64,000 nt of DNA, from the IMG/VR virus record IMGVR_UViG_3300045988_168418; one strand, written 5' to 3'. The stretch is from a virus. Of the stretch, positions 1 through 10,377 are shown piece by piece (the first letter of the stretch is position 1; each line of letters starts with the position of its first letter). The notes under the pieces are model-generated. The model was not told where the DNA came from and made no database searches. It saw only the letters and a list, made by a program, of their open reading frames with translations. The position numbers and the translations under genes were made by a program.

Positions 1-134
1 TATTTTCTTGAACAGAAATTACTCTTACAGGTTGACCAGATTTTAAAATTGGTGTCATTGATTGCCCAAAACCTACAATAATACACTCTTCACCATTCCT
101 TAAATGTTCTGCTGTTATTGCATTTTCTTTTCCT
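1..134 (-). CDS. hypothetical protein, N-terminal part (gene continues beyond window start); possible S24-peptidase-like G-x-SM-x-P motif
   Basis: Reverse complement of 1-134 opens with ATG and reads MFKGKENAITAEHLRNGEECIIVGFGQSMTPILKSGQPV... with no stop before the window edge. Confidence 0.3.
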
Positions 135-392
135 TTAAACATCTTTTTTTCCTTGTAAATTTTTTATTAAATCAATTATTTCTTTATTTTGAGCAATAAT
201 AATATTATTTTCCTCATGCAATTCTTCAATTTCATTTGAGATCGCTTTAATTACATTATTAATATAAGTTGTTTGCTGTTCATCTTGAGACATATTACTT
301 AACTGCGTGCAAAAACTTACTATAGTTAATATATCAAGAAACTCTAATTGCTGACCATCTCCATTATTATTGCCATTATTTCTCATAATCAT
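135..392 (-). CDS. hypothetical small coiled-coil protein
   Basis: 85-aa ORF on the dominant coding strand; Q/N/E-rich. Confidence 0.35.
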   Translation of the reverse strand: MIMRNNGNNNGDGQQLEFLDILTIVSFCTQLSNMSQDEQQTTYINNVIKAISNEIEELHEENNIIIAQNKEIIDLIKNLQGKKDV

Positions 393-514
393 TTTATTTC
401 TCCTTTTTATTAAATTATATCATTTTTTAAGAAAAAACTCAAATATGAAAAATTGAAACAAAAATTTCCAAAACCAATTTTGATTTTGAAAATCGGGCGT
501 AGACCGCCCGGTAG

Positions 515-2314
515 TTAAAAGTAATATTGACTAGAATCAACAATTTCATAATCTTCAATAAAAATTTGAGGATTTACATATCCTTGCCATTCATTCTTAT
601 TACATTTACCTACCAAATCAATAGCTACATATCCATCCTCTGAAAATAATTTTTCGTATTCCTCTTGAGAAGAATTGAATTTAATTAAAGAAATATTATT
701 TGGTAAAGTTATTTTTAAAGTAGGTTTTTTATCTGGTGACATTAAAGTTATCATGTCTTTTGTAATTGTTAAACCTTTAATCGCAACTAAAGGTTCTTCC
801 ATATCTTTTCCCCAAAGACAATCTAATGAAGCTATATCAAGAATATTTTCTGCTTTAACTTGATTTCCTTCGTAAATATAATCTACTAAATAAATTGGTT
901 CAGACGACATGAATTTAAGAACTTCATCTGTATAATCTAAAAACAAAAGTATAGATTCACCCCAAACTTCTTCATCATAGTCTTTTTGACCTAGATATAG
1001 ACTCAAACCAAATGCGTTTGGATGTCCTTCCGCGAATTCTACCCCTGGTGCGGATTCACACAATTTTTTAAAATTAGCAACTCCGCCTTTCTCATATCCT
1101 CTCGCAGAACCTTGATAAAAAATCTTATTTTCATCTTCAACTTGAGTTAAAATGCAACAAGGTCTTTGATACTTTGACATAAACTTATTTGCGATTAATC
1201 CAGCTATATTAGAATTAATCTCTCCTGGTTTAAGTAAAAACAATAGCACTTTGTGATCTAATAAATGCTTCTTTTCAATTTTATCTTCTAAGAGTGTCAT
1301 TCCTACATCTTGAGCTTTTGTCTGTCGATTTTTAACATTGATTGCAGTTCTAATTGCTTGAAGCACTAATGGCTCTTCTTCTCCTTCTTTATGTCCCCTT
1401 TTTGTAGAAGGTATTTTTTTTGAAGCTTCAAATTTAAGCATTGATTTAAAAACAATATGTTTTTCTTCTAAAGTACCGCTTCTAGCAATAGCATTAACAA
1501 AAGGTGCAATGTAAAACGCAGCTCCCATAGGAGTGATATTTTTTCCTAATGAATAACTATTTCTATCTGCTATATATACGATAAAAGGGTTCTGGATATT
1601 TTCATTTTTAAATCCCTTTGTAATTAAATGCCTAGTCTCAAAAGAAGTCATACTCATCATATCTGCCATTAGACCTAATGCAACTAAATCTACATAATCT
1701 TCGGCATAATTAGTTTTCATAATTAAATCTATATATCTGCAAAATTGCCATACTATACCAACACCAGATAGCTGTTTATTTGGATAGTCACTTAATTGAT
1801 TATTTATAACAATAGCATTTTCACTTATATGATCAGCTTTATGATGGTCTAGAACTAAAACATCTATTCCTTTCTCGTTTAACATTTTATGTTCTTCAAA
1901 ATTGTTACTTGAAGAATCTGGGCAAATGACTAAAGAATAGTCTTTTTCAAGAATTATATCTTTACAATCCTTTAATCCATGCTGTTTCCCGCTATGAACT
2001 AACCACTCTACTTTTGAAAGAGTATATCGCGGAAAATGGTCATATAAAAAGTTAATTAAAACAGCACTGCTGGTAAAACCATCACAGTCAGAATCTACTA
2101 TGATTAAAGTTTTTGTATTATTATAAATTGCTTTTAAAAGTACAGCAACGCCTTCTTTTAATACCTTTTCTCCTAACTCTAAAGGCGAATAAATGTCATT
2201 ATCAGTAGTATTCAAATAATGTTTAATATCTTCATGTTTGATTCCACGATTTGTTAAAATTTGCTCTATCGCGGAATATTTTAAATTAACAGGTTTAATT
2301 AACTGGTATTTCAT
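515..2314 (-). CDS. DHH-family phosphoesterase (RecJ-like ssDNA exonuclease or nanoRNase)
   Basis: DHH motifs IVDSDCDG and VLVLDHHKADH; C-terminal DHHA1-like GHPNAFG. Confidence 0.6.
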   Translation of the reverse strand: MKYQLIKPVNLKYSAIEQILTNRGIKHEDIKHYLNTTDNDIYSPLELGEKVLKEGVAVLLKAIYNNTKTLIIVDSDCDGFTSSAVLINFLYDHFPRYTLSKVEWLVHSGKQHGLKDCKDIILEKDYSLVICPDSSSNNFEEHKMLNEKGIDVLVLDHHKADHISENAIVINNQLSDYPNKQLSGVGIVWQFCRYIDLIMKTNYAEDYVDLVALGLMADMMSMTSFETRHLITKGFKNENIQNPFIVYIADRNSYSLGKNITPMGAAFYIAPFVNAIARSGTLEEKHIVFKSMLKFEASKKIPSTKRGHKEGEEEPLVLQAIRTAINVKNRQTKAQDVGMTLLEDKIEKKHLLDHKVLLFLLKPGEINSNIAGLIANKFMSKYQRPCCILTQVEDENKIFYQGSARGYEKGGVANFKKLCESAPGVEFAEGHPNAFGLSLYLGQKDYDEEVWGESILLFLDYTDEVLKFMSSEPIYLVDYIYEGNQVKAENILDIASLDCLWGKDMEEPLVAIKGLTITKDMITLMSPDKKPTLKITLPNNISLIKFNSSQEEYEKLFSEDGYVAIDLVGKCNKNEWQGYVNPQIFIEDYEIVDSSQYYF

Positions 2315-2499
2315 TTAATTTCCTCCAAAGTAATATTTTTTTTACATTGAGGACAATTAATATATTTTTCATAATAAACTGGCATGATGCCCAAACAGTC
2401 TGATTTTGTTTTTACATCCTCTTCTTCATAACTAAATAAACATCCACATTCCTTACATTCTTGAATTTTTCTTGTTCCTTTTCTTATTATTTTAATCAT
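2311..2499 (-). CDS. small zinc-ribbon protein
   Basis: 62 aa with two CxxC pairs (CKECGC ... CPQCKK). Confidence 0.35.
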   Translation of the reverse strand: MIKIIRKGTRKIQECKECGCLFSYEEEDVKTKSDCLGIMPVYYEKYINCPQCKKNITLEEIK

Positions 2500-2766
2500 A
2501 ATACTCTCCTTATAAATAATAAACTAAAATTTCAACATCTATATTTTTAAAATACATTAAATAATATTTCTTTTACTTTATTCCATTTTAATTTATCTAA
2601 TTCACATCCAATTTTTGGCATTGCTATTTTTTTTAATATTATTTTCTCTAATAATAATAATAATTTTCATCCAAGACAAAGAACTCTCTAATGACTCATA
2701 AGATGGCTTACTATAGTATCTTTCTTTAATAAACTATATAAAAGTACCCAAATCTATCGGACATCG

Positions 2767-3903
2767 CTACAACATAATTCTATTTTTAAATAATTTTAAA
2801 AAAGTTTCCTTTCCTTTGTCAACTGGACTATCTTTGTAATCTAATAAGTCTTTTTTATCAAACAAATAGCTAATTTGAACATATGCACTATATTTTGTAT
2901 GAATATCATAAAGTTTTTTTGTCCATCTCTCCCATTCTTTGTCCCCGATCTCTTTAAATTGTTTATCAAAAGCAATAATTATTTCTTCGACTCCTAAAGA
3001 TAACAATAGCTTGACTTGGTAGGTAATTAAAGAGCTGCCGCAAACTGCGACACTAATATCATTCTCTTCGCCAAAAAAACTTGCGTATAGAAGAGATGAT
3101 TTTTCTCCTTCATAAACAATAACTTTTTTAATTATTTTTATATTATTTTTACTATTGTTAAGATTATATAAGTTAAAGCCTAGAGGGTGGTTATACATAA
3201 CTCCATTTAGAATAGCTGGTCGATATTTTCCAAAATTTTCTTCTTCTTTAATTAAAGTTCTTTCTCTTATTCCAACTAGTTGATTATTTATATCATAATG
3301 CGGAATTACTATACCTTGGTTTTTAGGATCATAGGCGATGCCCCTATGATCCATTACCTCCTTTTTTATTCCCTCTTGTTCCCAAGTTATTATTCGCGGA
3401 TGAGGTAAATGTCGTAAAATTTTATTATCAAAAATTCTTAATTCTACTCTTTGCTCTTGTTCATCTTTGTTTATTTGCTCATAATTATTAAGAACTTCCC
3501 AATCTTTTAATTTCTCTTGAGTCTTTTGAAAATCAAATGTTTTTGGTGAATATCCATAATATATTGCAACAAATTCAACAGCATCAAAAAGTTCCCATTC
3601 TCTATAACAAACTTTTCCTTCTTTGTTATAATAACTTTTTAAGTCCTTACTATTATTTTTTATCTTTCTTACAAGTTCATATATATCAAAGCTAGTCCCA
3701 CAATCAGTATAGCATCTAAATAATTTAGTATTGTCATAATAATATAATTTATAAGAGCCTTCTCCAGCATGATTATGACATATTGTTTTAGAAATAAAAA
3801 AACCACTTTCCATTCGCGGCTCTCCACCCAATTCCGCGACCAGATCAAAAACTTGCTCTATTGAAAGATTTAATTTTAATTCGTCTTTATCATACTTATA
3901 CAA
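2767..3903 (-). CDS. DNA primase (DnaG-like: zinc-binding domain + TOPRIM)
   Basis: CHNH...CYTDCG zinc-finger motif; TOPRIM YEGEKS ... IIIAFDKQ. Confidence 0.65.
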   Translation of the reverse strand: MYKYDKDELKLNLSIEQVFDLVAELGGEPRMESGFFISKTICHNHAGEGSYKLYYYDNTKLFRCYTDCGTSFDIYELVRKIKNNSKDLKSYYNKEGKVCYREWELFDAVEFVAIYYGYSPKTFDFQKTQEKLKDWEVLNNYEQINKDEQEQRVELRIFDNKILRHLPHPRIITWEQEGIKKEVMDHRGIAYDPKNQGIVIPHYDINNQLVGIRERTLIKEEENFGKYRPAILNGVMYNHPLGFNLYNLNNSKNNIKIIKKVIVYEGEKSSLLYASFFGEENDISVAVCGSSLITYQVKLLLSLGVEEIIIAFDKQFKEIGDKEWERWTKKLYDIHTKYSAYVQISYLFDKKDLLDYKDSPVDKGKETFLKLFKNRIML

Positions 3904-3932
3904 GACTCTTTATTCCTTTCTTTCTTTTTAAA

Positions 3933-5483
3933 TTAAAAAGCACTAACATCAGCCTTTTTTTCTTCTTTTGGCTTAACAGTGATTTTTAAATCTTCAATAG
4001 GAATCAACTCATACTGGTAATTAGTTGCAAACATAGGAATAATTTTACAAGTACCTCTATTCGCCTTACACCACAATAAAATTCCTTTATATCTACCCCT
4101 ACGATTTTTATAAATAGATATTTTAATTTGAGGAGTCTCAAATCCGCCTTGAGCTAAAACATTTTCTAAAGCCGTACGATCATCATTATCAACTTCAAGC
4201 ATAATCATACCACAATCAATTTTATCAGCAATAGACTTAGCTCCTCTTAAAAGATTTTGGTCATATTGCTGAGCTGTTATATAACTACTATTTAACTGAG
4301 TTGCTGTCATAATAAAAATACCATACTGGTTACACATATCTTTTAAACGGATTGAAATCATAAAAAGGATATTATCCTCTCTCAATCCTCTCACTCCAGT
4401 TTTAGACGAAACTTCACTTAGAATTTTCATGCTTGTATGGATGTAATCGAAGAACACATATTTAACATCATATTCTCTAACTCCACGTTTAATAGTATTT
4501 TCAATATCTTTTAGAGAAAAATCTGGTAATTGTTCTATATATAATGGACATCTCTTTAAAAGATTTGCCGCGTAAATAACACGCTCCCATTCTCCAGCAT
4601 AATATTCTCCAGAAATAATATGCTCTTCATCTACATCAGATAAAAAAGCAATTATCATAGTCTGAATTTCATCTTTCTCTTGTTCTGTTGAAATAAAGAT
4701 TGTTGGTTCTTTAGTTCCATTTGAAATCCATTTTTCTTCTTTAGAATCATAAATTTCATCGCAAGCAATAGAGCATGCGTCTGCGATCATCGCTCTTGTT
4801 TTTCCTACTCCAGTTGCGGCTGATCGCAAATAAAATTTCTTTAATCTAGCCCCTCTAGTTACAGTATTTATCAAGGGTCCGAATAAAGGATATCCTGCTT
4901 CAGGGGTCTCTCTTAAGCGTTCGAGCAGTTCTAATGCCCCATTGCCTGCTAGTTCCGCACCATTAGAAGCATCATCTACATACTTTAATCTTATATCAGT
5001 AATTTTTTTGTCAATGATCTCTGCGATATCTTCAATAGATGAGTTGTCTAACCAATCTTCTTGAGCTTGTTTCTTTTTAACATCCATGATGTTATCTATA
5101 TCATATAGCCATGATAAGTCCATTCCTATACTTTGATACATTCTTAGCAGAGTCATCTTTTTCATTCTATTATAATAGAAATCAAAAGCCGCTAATTGTA
5201 CTGATTTACTTAATTTTTGAAGATATTCTTGTCCCTTATTAGTCTTATAAACTGCATAGCTTTTTGGTCTTTGCTCTAAATAATCTTCTATCGCATTGAT
5301 AGAAATTTCTTTAGCACCTAATTCATGTAAATTATATATAGACCCAAAAAGAATTTTATGAAATTCTTCTGTAAAATCTTCTTCATTAAAAAAGTATTTT
5401 CCATCTTCATCTAGTAAATTAGGGTTTAAATAAATTCCCCCAATAACTTGAATAATAGATGGGATATCTACATATTTTCCCAC
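3933..5483 (-). CDS. replicative DNA helicase (DnaB family)
   Basis: Walker A RSAATGVGKT, DnaB-like N-domain, Walker B LFISTEQ. Confidence 0.7.
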   Translation of the reverse strand: MGKYVDIPSIIQVIGGIYLNPNLLDEDGKYFFNEEDFTEEFHKILFGSIYNLHELGAKEISINAIEDYLEQRPKSYAVYKTNKGQEYLQKLSKSVQLAAFDFYYNRMKKMTLLRMYQSIGMDLSWLYDIDNIMDVKKKQAQEDWLDNSSIEDIAEIIDKKITDIRLKYVDDASNGAELAGNGALELLERLRETPEAGYPLFGPLINTVTRGARLKKFYLRSAATGVGKTRAMIADACSIACDEIYDSKEEKWISNGTKEPTIFISTEQEKDEIQTMIIAFLSDVDEEHIISGEYYAGEWERVIYAANLLKRCPLYIEQLPDFSLKDIENTIKRGVREYDVKYVFFDYIHTSMKILSEVSSKTGVRGLREDNILFMISIRLKDMCNQYGIFIMTATQLNSSYITAQQYDQNLLRGAKSIADKIDCGMIMLEVDNDDRTALENVLAQGGFETPQIKISIYKNRRGRYKGILLWCKANRGTCKIIPMFATNYQYELIPIEDLKITVKPKEEKKADVSAF

Positions 5484-5484
5484 T

Positions 5485-6000
5485 TCATTCTTCCTCCTTA
5501 CTGTCTAAATTAAATAGCCTTTTCATCTTTCGAATCGCGGAAGGAGGGGTAATTTCTATATATTTTATTTTAGGTTTGTATTCTTCAATATTCTTATTTT
5601 CATTTGATAATTTCGCTAAATACAAGCTATAATAATATTGTAAAGCATCCTTGTATATAAAAGGGATAATACCAATCCCGCCGTTCGCTTTTTCTATTGA
5701 ATTTCCTTTAATTTCATAAAACCAAATCAAAGATTTTAACATTCCACTATAAGTATAATTATACATAGCTTTGTAATCTTTAATTTGTTTTTTAATTCTA
5801 GCGTTAATATAGGGTTCATCAAACAATTTCATAATATATTGCTCTAATTTTTCTAAGTCTTGCTCTTCCTGGCTTTTTTCTTTTTGATTCTTTTCCGCAC
5901 ATTCTTTATGTGCATATCTCCTTGCAGAAATTTGAGTTGTTTCTATTTTATCTCTATCAAAACGTTTTTTACAATAAATACACGTTACAAAATGGCTCAT
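5485..6000 (-). CDS. zinc-ribbon protein, function unknown (N-terminus paralogous to ORF 34257..34541)
   Basis: CIYCKKRFDRD...RRYAHKEC matches CYFCGERFDRD...KRYAHECC in 34257..34541. Confidence 0.4.
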   Translation of the reverse strand: MSHFVTCIYCKKRFDRDKIETTQISARRYAHKECAEKNQKEKSQEEQDLEKLEQYIMKLFDEPYINARIKKQIKDYKAMYNYTYSGMLKSLIWFYEIKGNSIEKANGGIGIIPFIYKDALQYYYSLYLAKLSNENKNIEEYKPKIKYIEITPPSAIRKMKRLFNLDSKEEE

Positions 6001-6051
6001 TTAAAACTCCTTATTTCTTTCTACAAATATTATAACATATTTTTTAATAAA

Positions 6052-6085
6052 TATCAAAAAAGTGTGGACTAATCCACACTTTTTA
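6052..6085. terminator. bidirectional rho-independent terminator
   Basis: AAAAAAG-AGTGTGGACTAATCCACACT-TTTT. Confidence 0.5.
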
Positions 6086-8093
6086 TTAATTCTTTTAAAT
6101 CAGTGACAATCAAATCTAAAGCCTCAACTTGATCTCTTGAACATTGACTAACTTTCATACCTTTTCCCAAATATCTATCTGTAATTTGAACGATTCTAGG
6201 CTGCCAATATTCTTTAAATTCCTCATTAGATTTTTGCATGATTAAATCATTTACAATAGTATTGAAACTATTCAATAATTCATCAAAATCTAATTCCGCT
6301 CTTGTGTCTTTATATAAGTTTGATCTTTCGTCTGTAAAATACTCACTTCCATCTTCTTCCATTTGTTTATCAATAGCCATGCCAATAGCATCAACTAAGC
6401 TTTGATAATTAAAATCAATGTAATCTGGAGTATATTTAAAACGAGAACCTGCAATATATCTTGGCGTTCCACGCATAAATAATTTGGTTGAAGTTTTACC
6501 TTCTTCATCTTGAACACTACGAGAATAGCCTATAATATCGCACATTCGAGATATAATCGCTCTAGGTTTATTTCCTAAGGTAGGAACGATCTGATTATAC
6601 TCTTGACCTTGCTCATCTTTAAAAGTTTTATCTACTGAGTGACTAATTAAAACTAAACCGTAATCCATTTGAATAATAGAACGTAAACATTCATCATATT
6701 CTTTAGCGACTTGAGTATACCCCTTCCCGAATGGGATATCACTAACAGAATCTACTCCGAATCCGCCATCTGGTCTTTTCGCATTAGCACAAATATACTT
6801 CTCGCATAAATCATATGCGATGTCTGCCGTGTCTATAATAACTGTTTCGAACTGTTCTTTTACTTTTTCATCTTTTAATTGTCTCAGTACTTTTCTAAAT
6901 TCCGCCCAGGTGTTAATTGGCTGAGCCATTGCTCCAGGAATCGCATTGTATCCTTTCTCAAAAGCCAGTAACAGGTGGCGGGGAAACTTGGTTGCGATCG
7001 TCGTTTTCATATATTATATAATATAATACATCAGACTATATCTTCAAATATTTATAAAGGAATATCAGAAAAAACAAAACCTTTTAATTTACGAATACCT
7101 TTTAAATATCGGCAAATAGATGAAGGTGCAACTCCAAAAGCTTTAGCACACTCTTTTTGTGAATTATAAGAGTTAATAAAATTACCATTATTATCATATA
7201 CATAAACTATTTTCTTGTTTGAATTACTCCAACAGTTGATCTTATCTTTTTTATACGATTTAAACTGATATTGTTTATAATGCTGCTGTTGTTCTGTTAT
7301 ACATCTCCATATACTAGTGTAATCCAAATTAAGCTTTTGTGCAGCTTCATAACCATTTACAAAAGACTGAATGTAATTGCCACTTAAATCATATTGATGA
7401 CATTCTTTCATTTCATGTTGTTGTAAATTACTAGTATAACTATGACGCATATTCTCTAATGCTGTTGACCACTCTAAATTATCTATATTATTATTTAATT
7501 TATTTCCATCTATATGATTAACTTGCAATTCATCCATCTCTTCACAAGGTTTAAATGCTTTCATAACCAATCTATGAACTGAGCAATTCTTATCTATTCG
7601 ATAACGTAAATGCACCATACGATAACCATTATTAGTAACTGATCCTCCTAATAAGGTTTTAGTTGAATCATTACGCACATTACCATAATTAGATACACTA
7701 TAAAAAGTTTCTTGACCGTTAATTAAAATTTTTTTCCAAATTTCTTGTTTTTCCATAATTATTCCTCCTAAATACCTACGGGTATTTCGATTATAAAATC
7801 TACGGTTATAAAACCTAGTCGTTGAACCTTTGTCTCCGTGAGACACTTGGCTGCGGATTGGAACTACAATAAACGTTTTACTATACCAAGCACATTACTA
7901 CTTGCCATTATAATATCGCTATTATAACTTAGTCTTTATTGATTATATTCTATCCCCGCAATTTCCCCATATTATCGTGGCAAAAATTCTCTCTCTATTC
8001 ACCACTCTTAGGCTCTCCATAGAAGAATACACTGTATCCTCTTAAATCTCTTGATACTTGATGCGGTTTAATGTTAAGTAAATCAATTCCCAT
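6069..8093 (-). CDS. AAA_24/Sak4-like recombination ATPase, intron-containing: exon1 8093..8001, exon2 7007..6069
   Basis: Exon1 encodes MGIDLLNIKPHQVSRDLRGYSVFFYGEPKSG. Exon2 starts KTTIATKF. Splicing restores the Walker A GEPKSGKTT. Walker B/sensor VIIDTAD ... LVLISH. Confidence 0.65.
7008..8000 (-). mobile_element. group I intron (about 993 nt) carrying an HNH homing endonuclease gene, inserted within the Walker-A codons of the AAA_24 ATPase gene
   Basis: 5' exon ends in U (ggT|gaatag). Intron ends in G (..tatatG|aaaacg). Exon2 restarts the frame exactly, with an internal HNH ORF. Confidence 0.6.
7052..7756 (-). CDS. HNH homing endonuclease (NUMOD4/HNH_3 type) encoded inside the group I intron
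   Basis: NYGNVRN ... HRLV ... VNHIDGNKLNNNIDNLEW HNH motif. Likely start MEKQEIW preceded by AGGAGG. The track ORF extends upstream to 7846. Confidence 0.65.
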   Translation of the reverse strand: MEKQEIWKKILINGQETFYSVSNYGNVRNDSTKTLLGGSVTNNGYRMVHLRYRIDKNCSVHRLVMKAFKPCEEMDELQVNHIDGNKLNNNIDNLEWSTALENMRHSYTSNLQQHEMKECHQYDLSGNYIQSFVNGYEAAQKLNLDYTSIWRCITEQQQHYKQYQFKSYKKDKINCWSNSNKKIVYVYDNNGNFINSYNSQKECAKAFGVAPSSICRYLKGIRKLKGFVFSDIPL

Positions 8094-8161
8094 AATTATC
8101 TTTCCTCTAACTTTCTTTATTTAATTTATTATTTATTATTCGCCATTATTAAGTTAAATAA

Positions 8162-8182
8162 ATTGGGAGCTAAGCTCCCAAT
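8162..8182 (-). terminator. rho-independent terminator after gene 8185..9135
   Basis: TTGGGAGC-TAA-GCTCCCAA hairpin with A/T flank. Confidence 0.45.
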
Positions 8183-8184
8183 CA

Positions 8185-9135
8185 TTAAAAATTAAAACCG
8201 CCATTGCTTACTGAAACAGTTGAAGTTTTAGGAGAAGAAGAATTACCATTAGCAGCTTTCTGAGCCAAATATTCCTCTCTTCTCTTCTTAACCTCGGCAA
8301 GATGAACCTCTCTATTCTGCATAGCCTGAGTAACTTCTTCCGCGGTTAAAACATTTTCATCTCCAAAATCATATGGCACAAGAGATACTCCAATAATCTC
8401 CCATTCTTTTGATTTCTTCTCATAGCTTTTTACTGCTACTTCTCCGCCAAAAGCTGATTCTTCTCTCTGCTCTACTACAATAGTTCTGCAATTAATTCTT
8501 CCCCACACTTTTGTAAATAAAGGTTCTGAAGAAGAAAAATCTAAATTTTCAAAGTACTTAATACCTTCTGGATTTTTTAATACAAACTCCACTGGTAAAA
8601 TATCATTTTTGAAATTAAAAATTGCCCCTCTGATTGTTAAGTAATCATTTAAAATACCTTTTTCCTCATCTGCTTCCACTCTATTCATGGAAGTCATAAG
8701 CATATCTGTTGTAAAGGTATTTCTTTCATTTTCTTTACATAAATTACTAACAATAGTAACAAATCCACCCTCATTCACTTTCTGTGATACTAAAGTGTCT
8801 TCATTAACATAGAAATCATTTAAAGCAAGAGCAGTATCAATTTTTACTTTTGTTGCTTCATCTTTTCCATCTGTAATCCATGCTTTTCCTTCATCAATAA
8901 TTTTCTTCAAAGCTGTATAAGTAGCGTTTTTCTTACCAGCTTTTGTTGTTTCTGTCACGTATGTAAAGTGTACTTCTACAATATTCATACCCTCTTCATC
9001 TACAGCTACACTTAATGTACCTGAAATGAATTCTTTTCCATAATTACTTGACTGCTGATTTTGAACTGTTTTAATTGTCAATTCATGTTCGTATACTCTA
9101 CCCTCGATATGCTCTGTATTAATTGCTTTACGCAT
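8185..9135 (-). CDS. putative ssDNA-binding/annealing-accessory protein (very tentative)
   Basis: Lies directly upstream of the Sak4-like ATPase, where Sak4 modules usually carry an SSB. Gly-rich C-terminal tail ending GGFNF. Confidence 0.25.
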   Translation of the reverse strand: MRKAINTEHIEGRVYEHELTIKTVQNQQSSNYGKEFISGTLSVAVDEEGMNIVEVHFTYVTETTKAGKKNATYTALKKIIDEGKAWITDGKDEATKVKIDTALALNDFYVNEDTLVSQKVNEGGFVTIVSNLCKENERNTFTTDMLMTSMNRVEADEEKGILNDYLTIRGAIFNFKNDILPVEFVLKNPEGIKYFENLDFSSSEPLFTKVWGRINCRTIVVEQREESAFGGEVAVKSYEKKSKEWEIIGVSLVPYDFGDENVLTAEEVTQAMQNREVHLAEVKKRREEYLAQKAANGNSSSPKTSTVSVSNGGFNF

Positions 9136-9153
9136 ATTTTTGTTCTCCTACTC

Positions 9154-9184
9154 TTTATTTATTTATTTATTTATTTATTTATTC
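9154..9184. repeat. (ATTT)n microsatellite, about 7 units
   Basis: tttatttatttatttatttatttattc; shorter copies at about 37205-37235 and 37458-37478. Confidence 0.8.
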
Positions 9185-9236
9185 AAAATCTTTATATAAC
9201 TATTATATCAAAAATTTTAAACTTTGTCAATCTATA

Positions 9237-9614
9237 CTAATCTATCTGTTTATTTCTTCCTTCATCAGTTAAACTATAAGTTACTGGATCTTTACCAACT
9301 TTTTCAACAAAACCATTTACAATAATTTTTCTCATTGAACCAGAAACTGAACGAGATGACATAAAAAGTCCCTCTCCAATTTCTTTTGAAGTAAAAAGAT
9401 TATTATATTTATCTTCATTAGATTGCATATATTTTAAAATCTTTGAGCCATTCTCTGTCATTTCACTATTGCTAGAGTTTTTCTTATCGTTTAAAAACTG
9501 GCTCCAAAAATTTTTAATATCTTCCCAATCTTTACCGCATTGTCTCATATATATATCTTCTCTTTCAAAAATCTCTGATTGAATAAAATTTATAAATTTT
9601 TCTTTTTTTGTCAT
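9237..9614 (-). CDS. winged-helix DNA-binding protein (paralogue family with 11451..11726 and 58575..58958)
   Basis: C-terminal MRKIIVNGFVEKVGKDPVTYSLTDEG wHTH-like segment shared with the two paralogues. Confidence 0.35.
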   Translation of the reverse strand: MTKKEKFINFIQSEIFEREDIYMRQCGKDWEDIKNFWSQFLNDKKNSSNSEMTENGSKILKYMQSNEDKYNNLFTSKEIGEGLFMSSRSVSGSMRKIIVNGFVEKVGKDPVTYSLTDEGRNKQID

Positions 9615-9696
9615 AATTTTATATAACCTTTCTTTCTCTTTTATTATTATACAATAATTATAACATTTATTTTAATAAAATTCAAATAAGTATATT

Positions 9697-10377
9697 TTAT
9701 TTAAGAGGTTTTCTTCCGCAACTTCTCTCGCCTTCATTGCAATAGCCAAGATACTCACATTTAGGACAAAAATAATTTGTAACTAAATATTCCCATTCTT
9801 CAGAATATTGTTTTAAAGCTTTAATTAAATCATTAAATAATTCACGATACTCCCAATAGGCACAAGTACACATTCTTTGATGGGACATATCTATTAAAGT
9901 TCTTAAGTTAATTTTACAAGAAACAACAGTAGTCATTCCAAGCGGAAGTCCATTCGCAGTGTCCTCATGTGGGATATTATAAACTTGCTCTAAAGTTAAT
10001 AGCGTTTCATTTATAATAGCCATTAATTCATCCCACAATAAACTAGCACCTTTTTCTTTTTTAATACTATGCGGGGTAATGTATTTAAAATTATTTTTTG
10101 CGTAGTCTATATATCTAGTGGAAGCCTGAACTCTTGTAGGCATTCCGCCAATATGCGTATACAATTCTCTAATGACTCTTGCAGAATATCCATCTAAAGT
10201 TAAATACACATCGGGAAATTCCCAAGTTCTTCCATGCCCACTTTTTAAGTTGTGAATACCTCTTTTGTAATTTTTCTCTTTATTATCTATAGGAGCGTTA
10301 TAACAAACTCCAGACATTTCTCCAATTAATGTAATTGGATCTTTAGTAGTTCTTTCGTTAATGATAATTTGTCCCAT
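9697..10377 (-). CDS. ThyX-like (flavin-dependent thymidylate synthase family) protein with altered active-site motif
   Basis: SGHGRTWEFPDVYLTLDGYSARVIRELYTHIGG...QASTRY aligns to the ThyX GHxSVxEH...SRA..HQLVRHR...SQRY core, with RHR replaced by THI. Cys-rich C-terminus. Confidence 0.5.
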   Translation of the reverse strand: MGQIIINERTTKDPITLIGEMSGVCYNAPIDNKEKNYKRGIHNLKSGHGRTWEFPDVYLTLDGYSARVIRELYTHIGGMPTRVQASTRYIDYAKNNFKYITPHSIKKEKGASLLWDELMAIINETLLTLEQVYNIPHEDTANGLPLGMTTVVSCKINLRTLIDMSHQRMCTCAYWEYRELFNDLIKALKQYSEEWEYLVTNYFCPKCEYLGYCNEGERSCGRKPLK

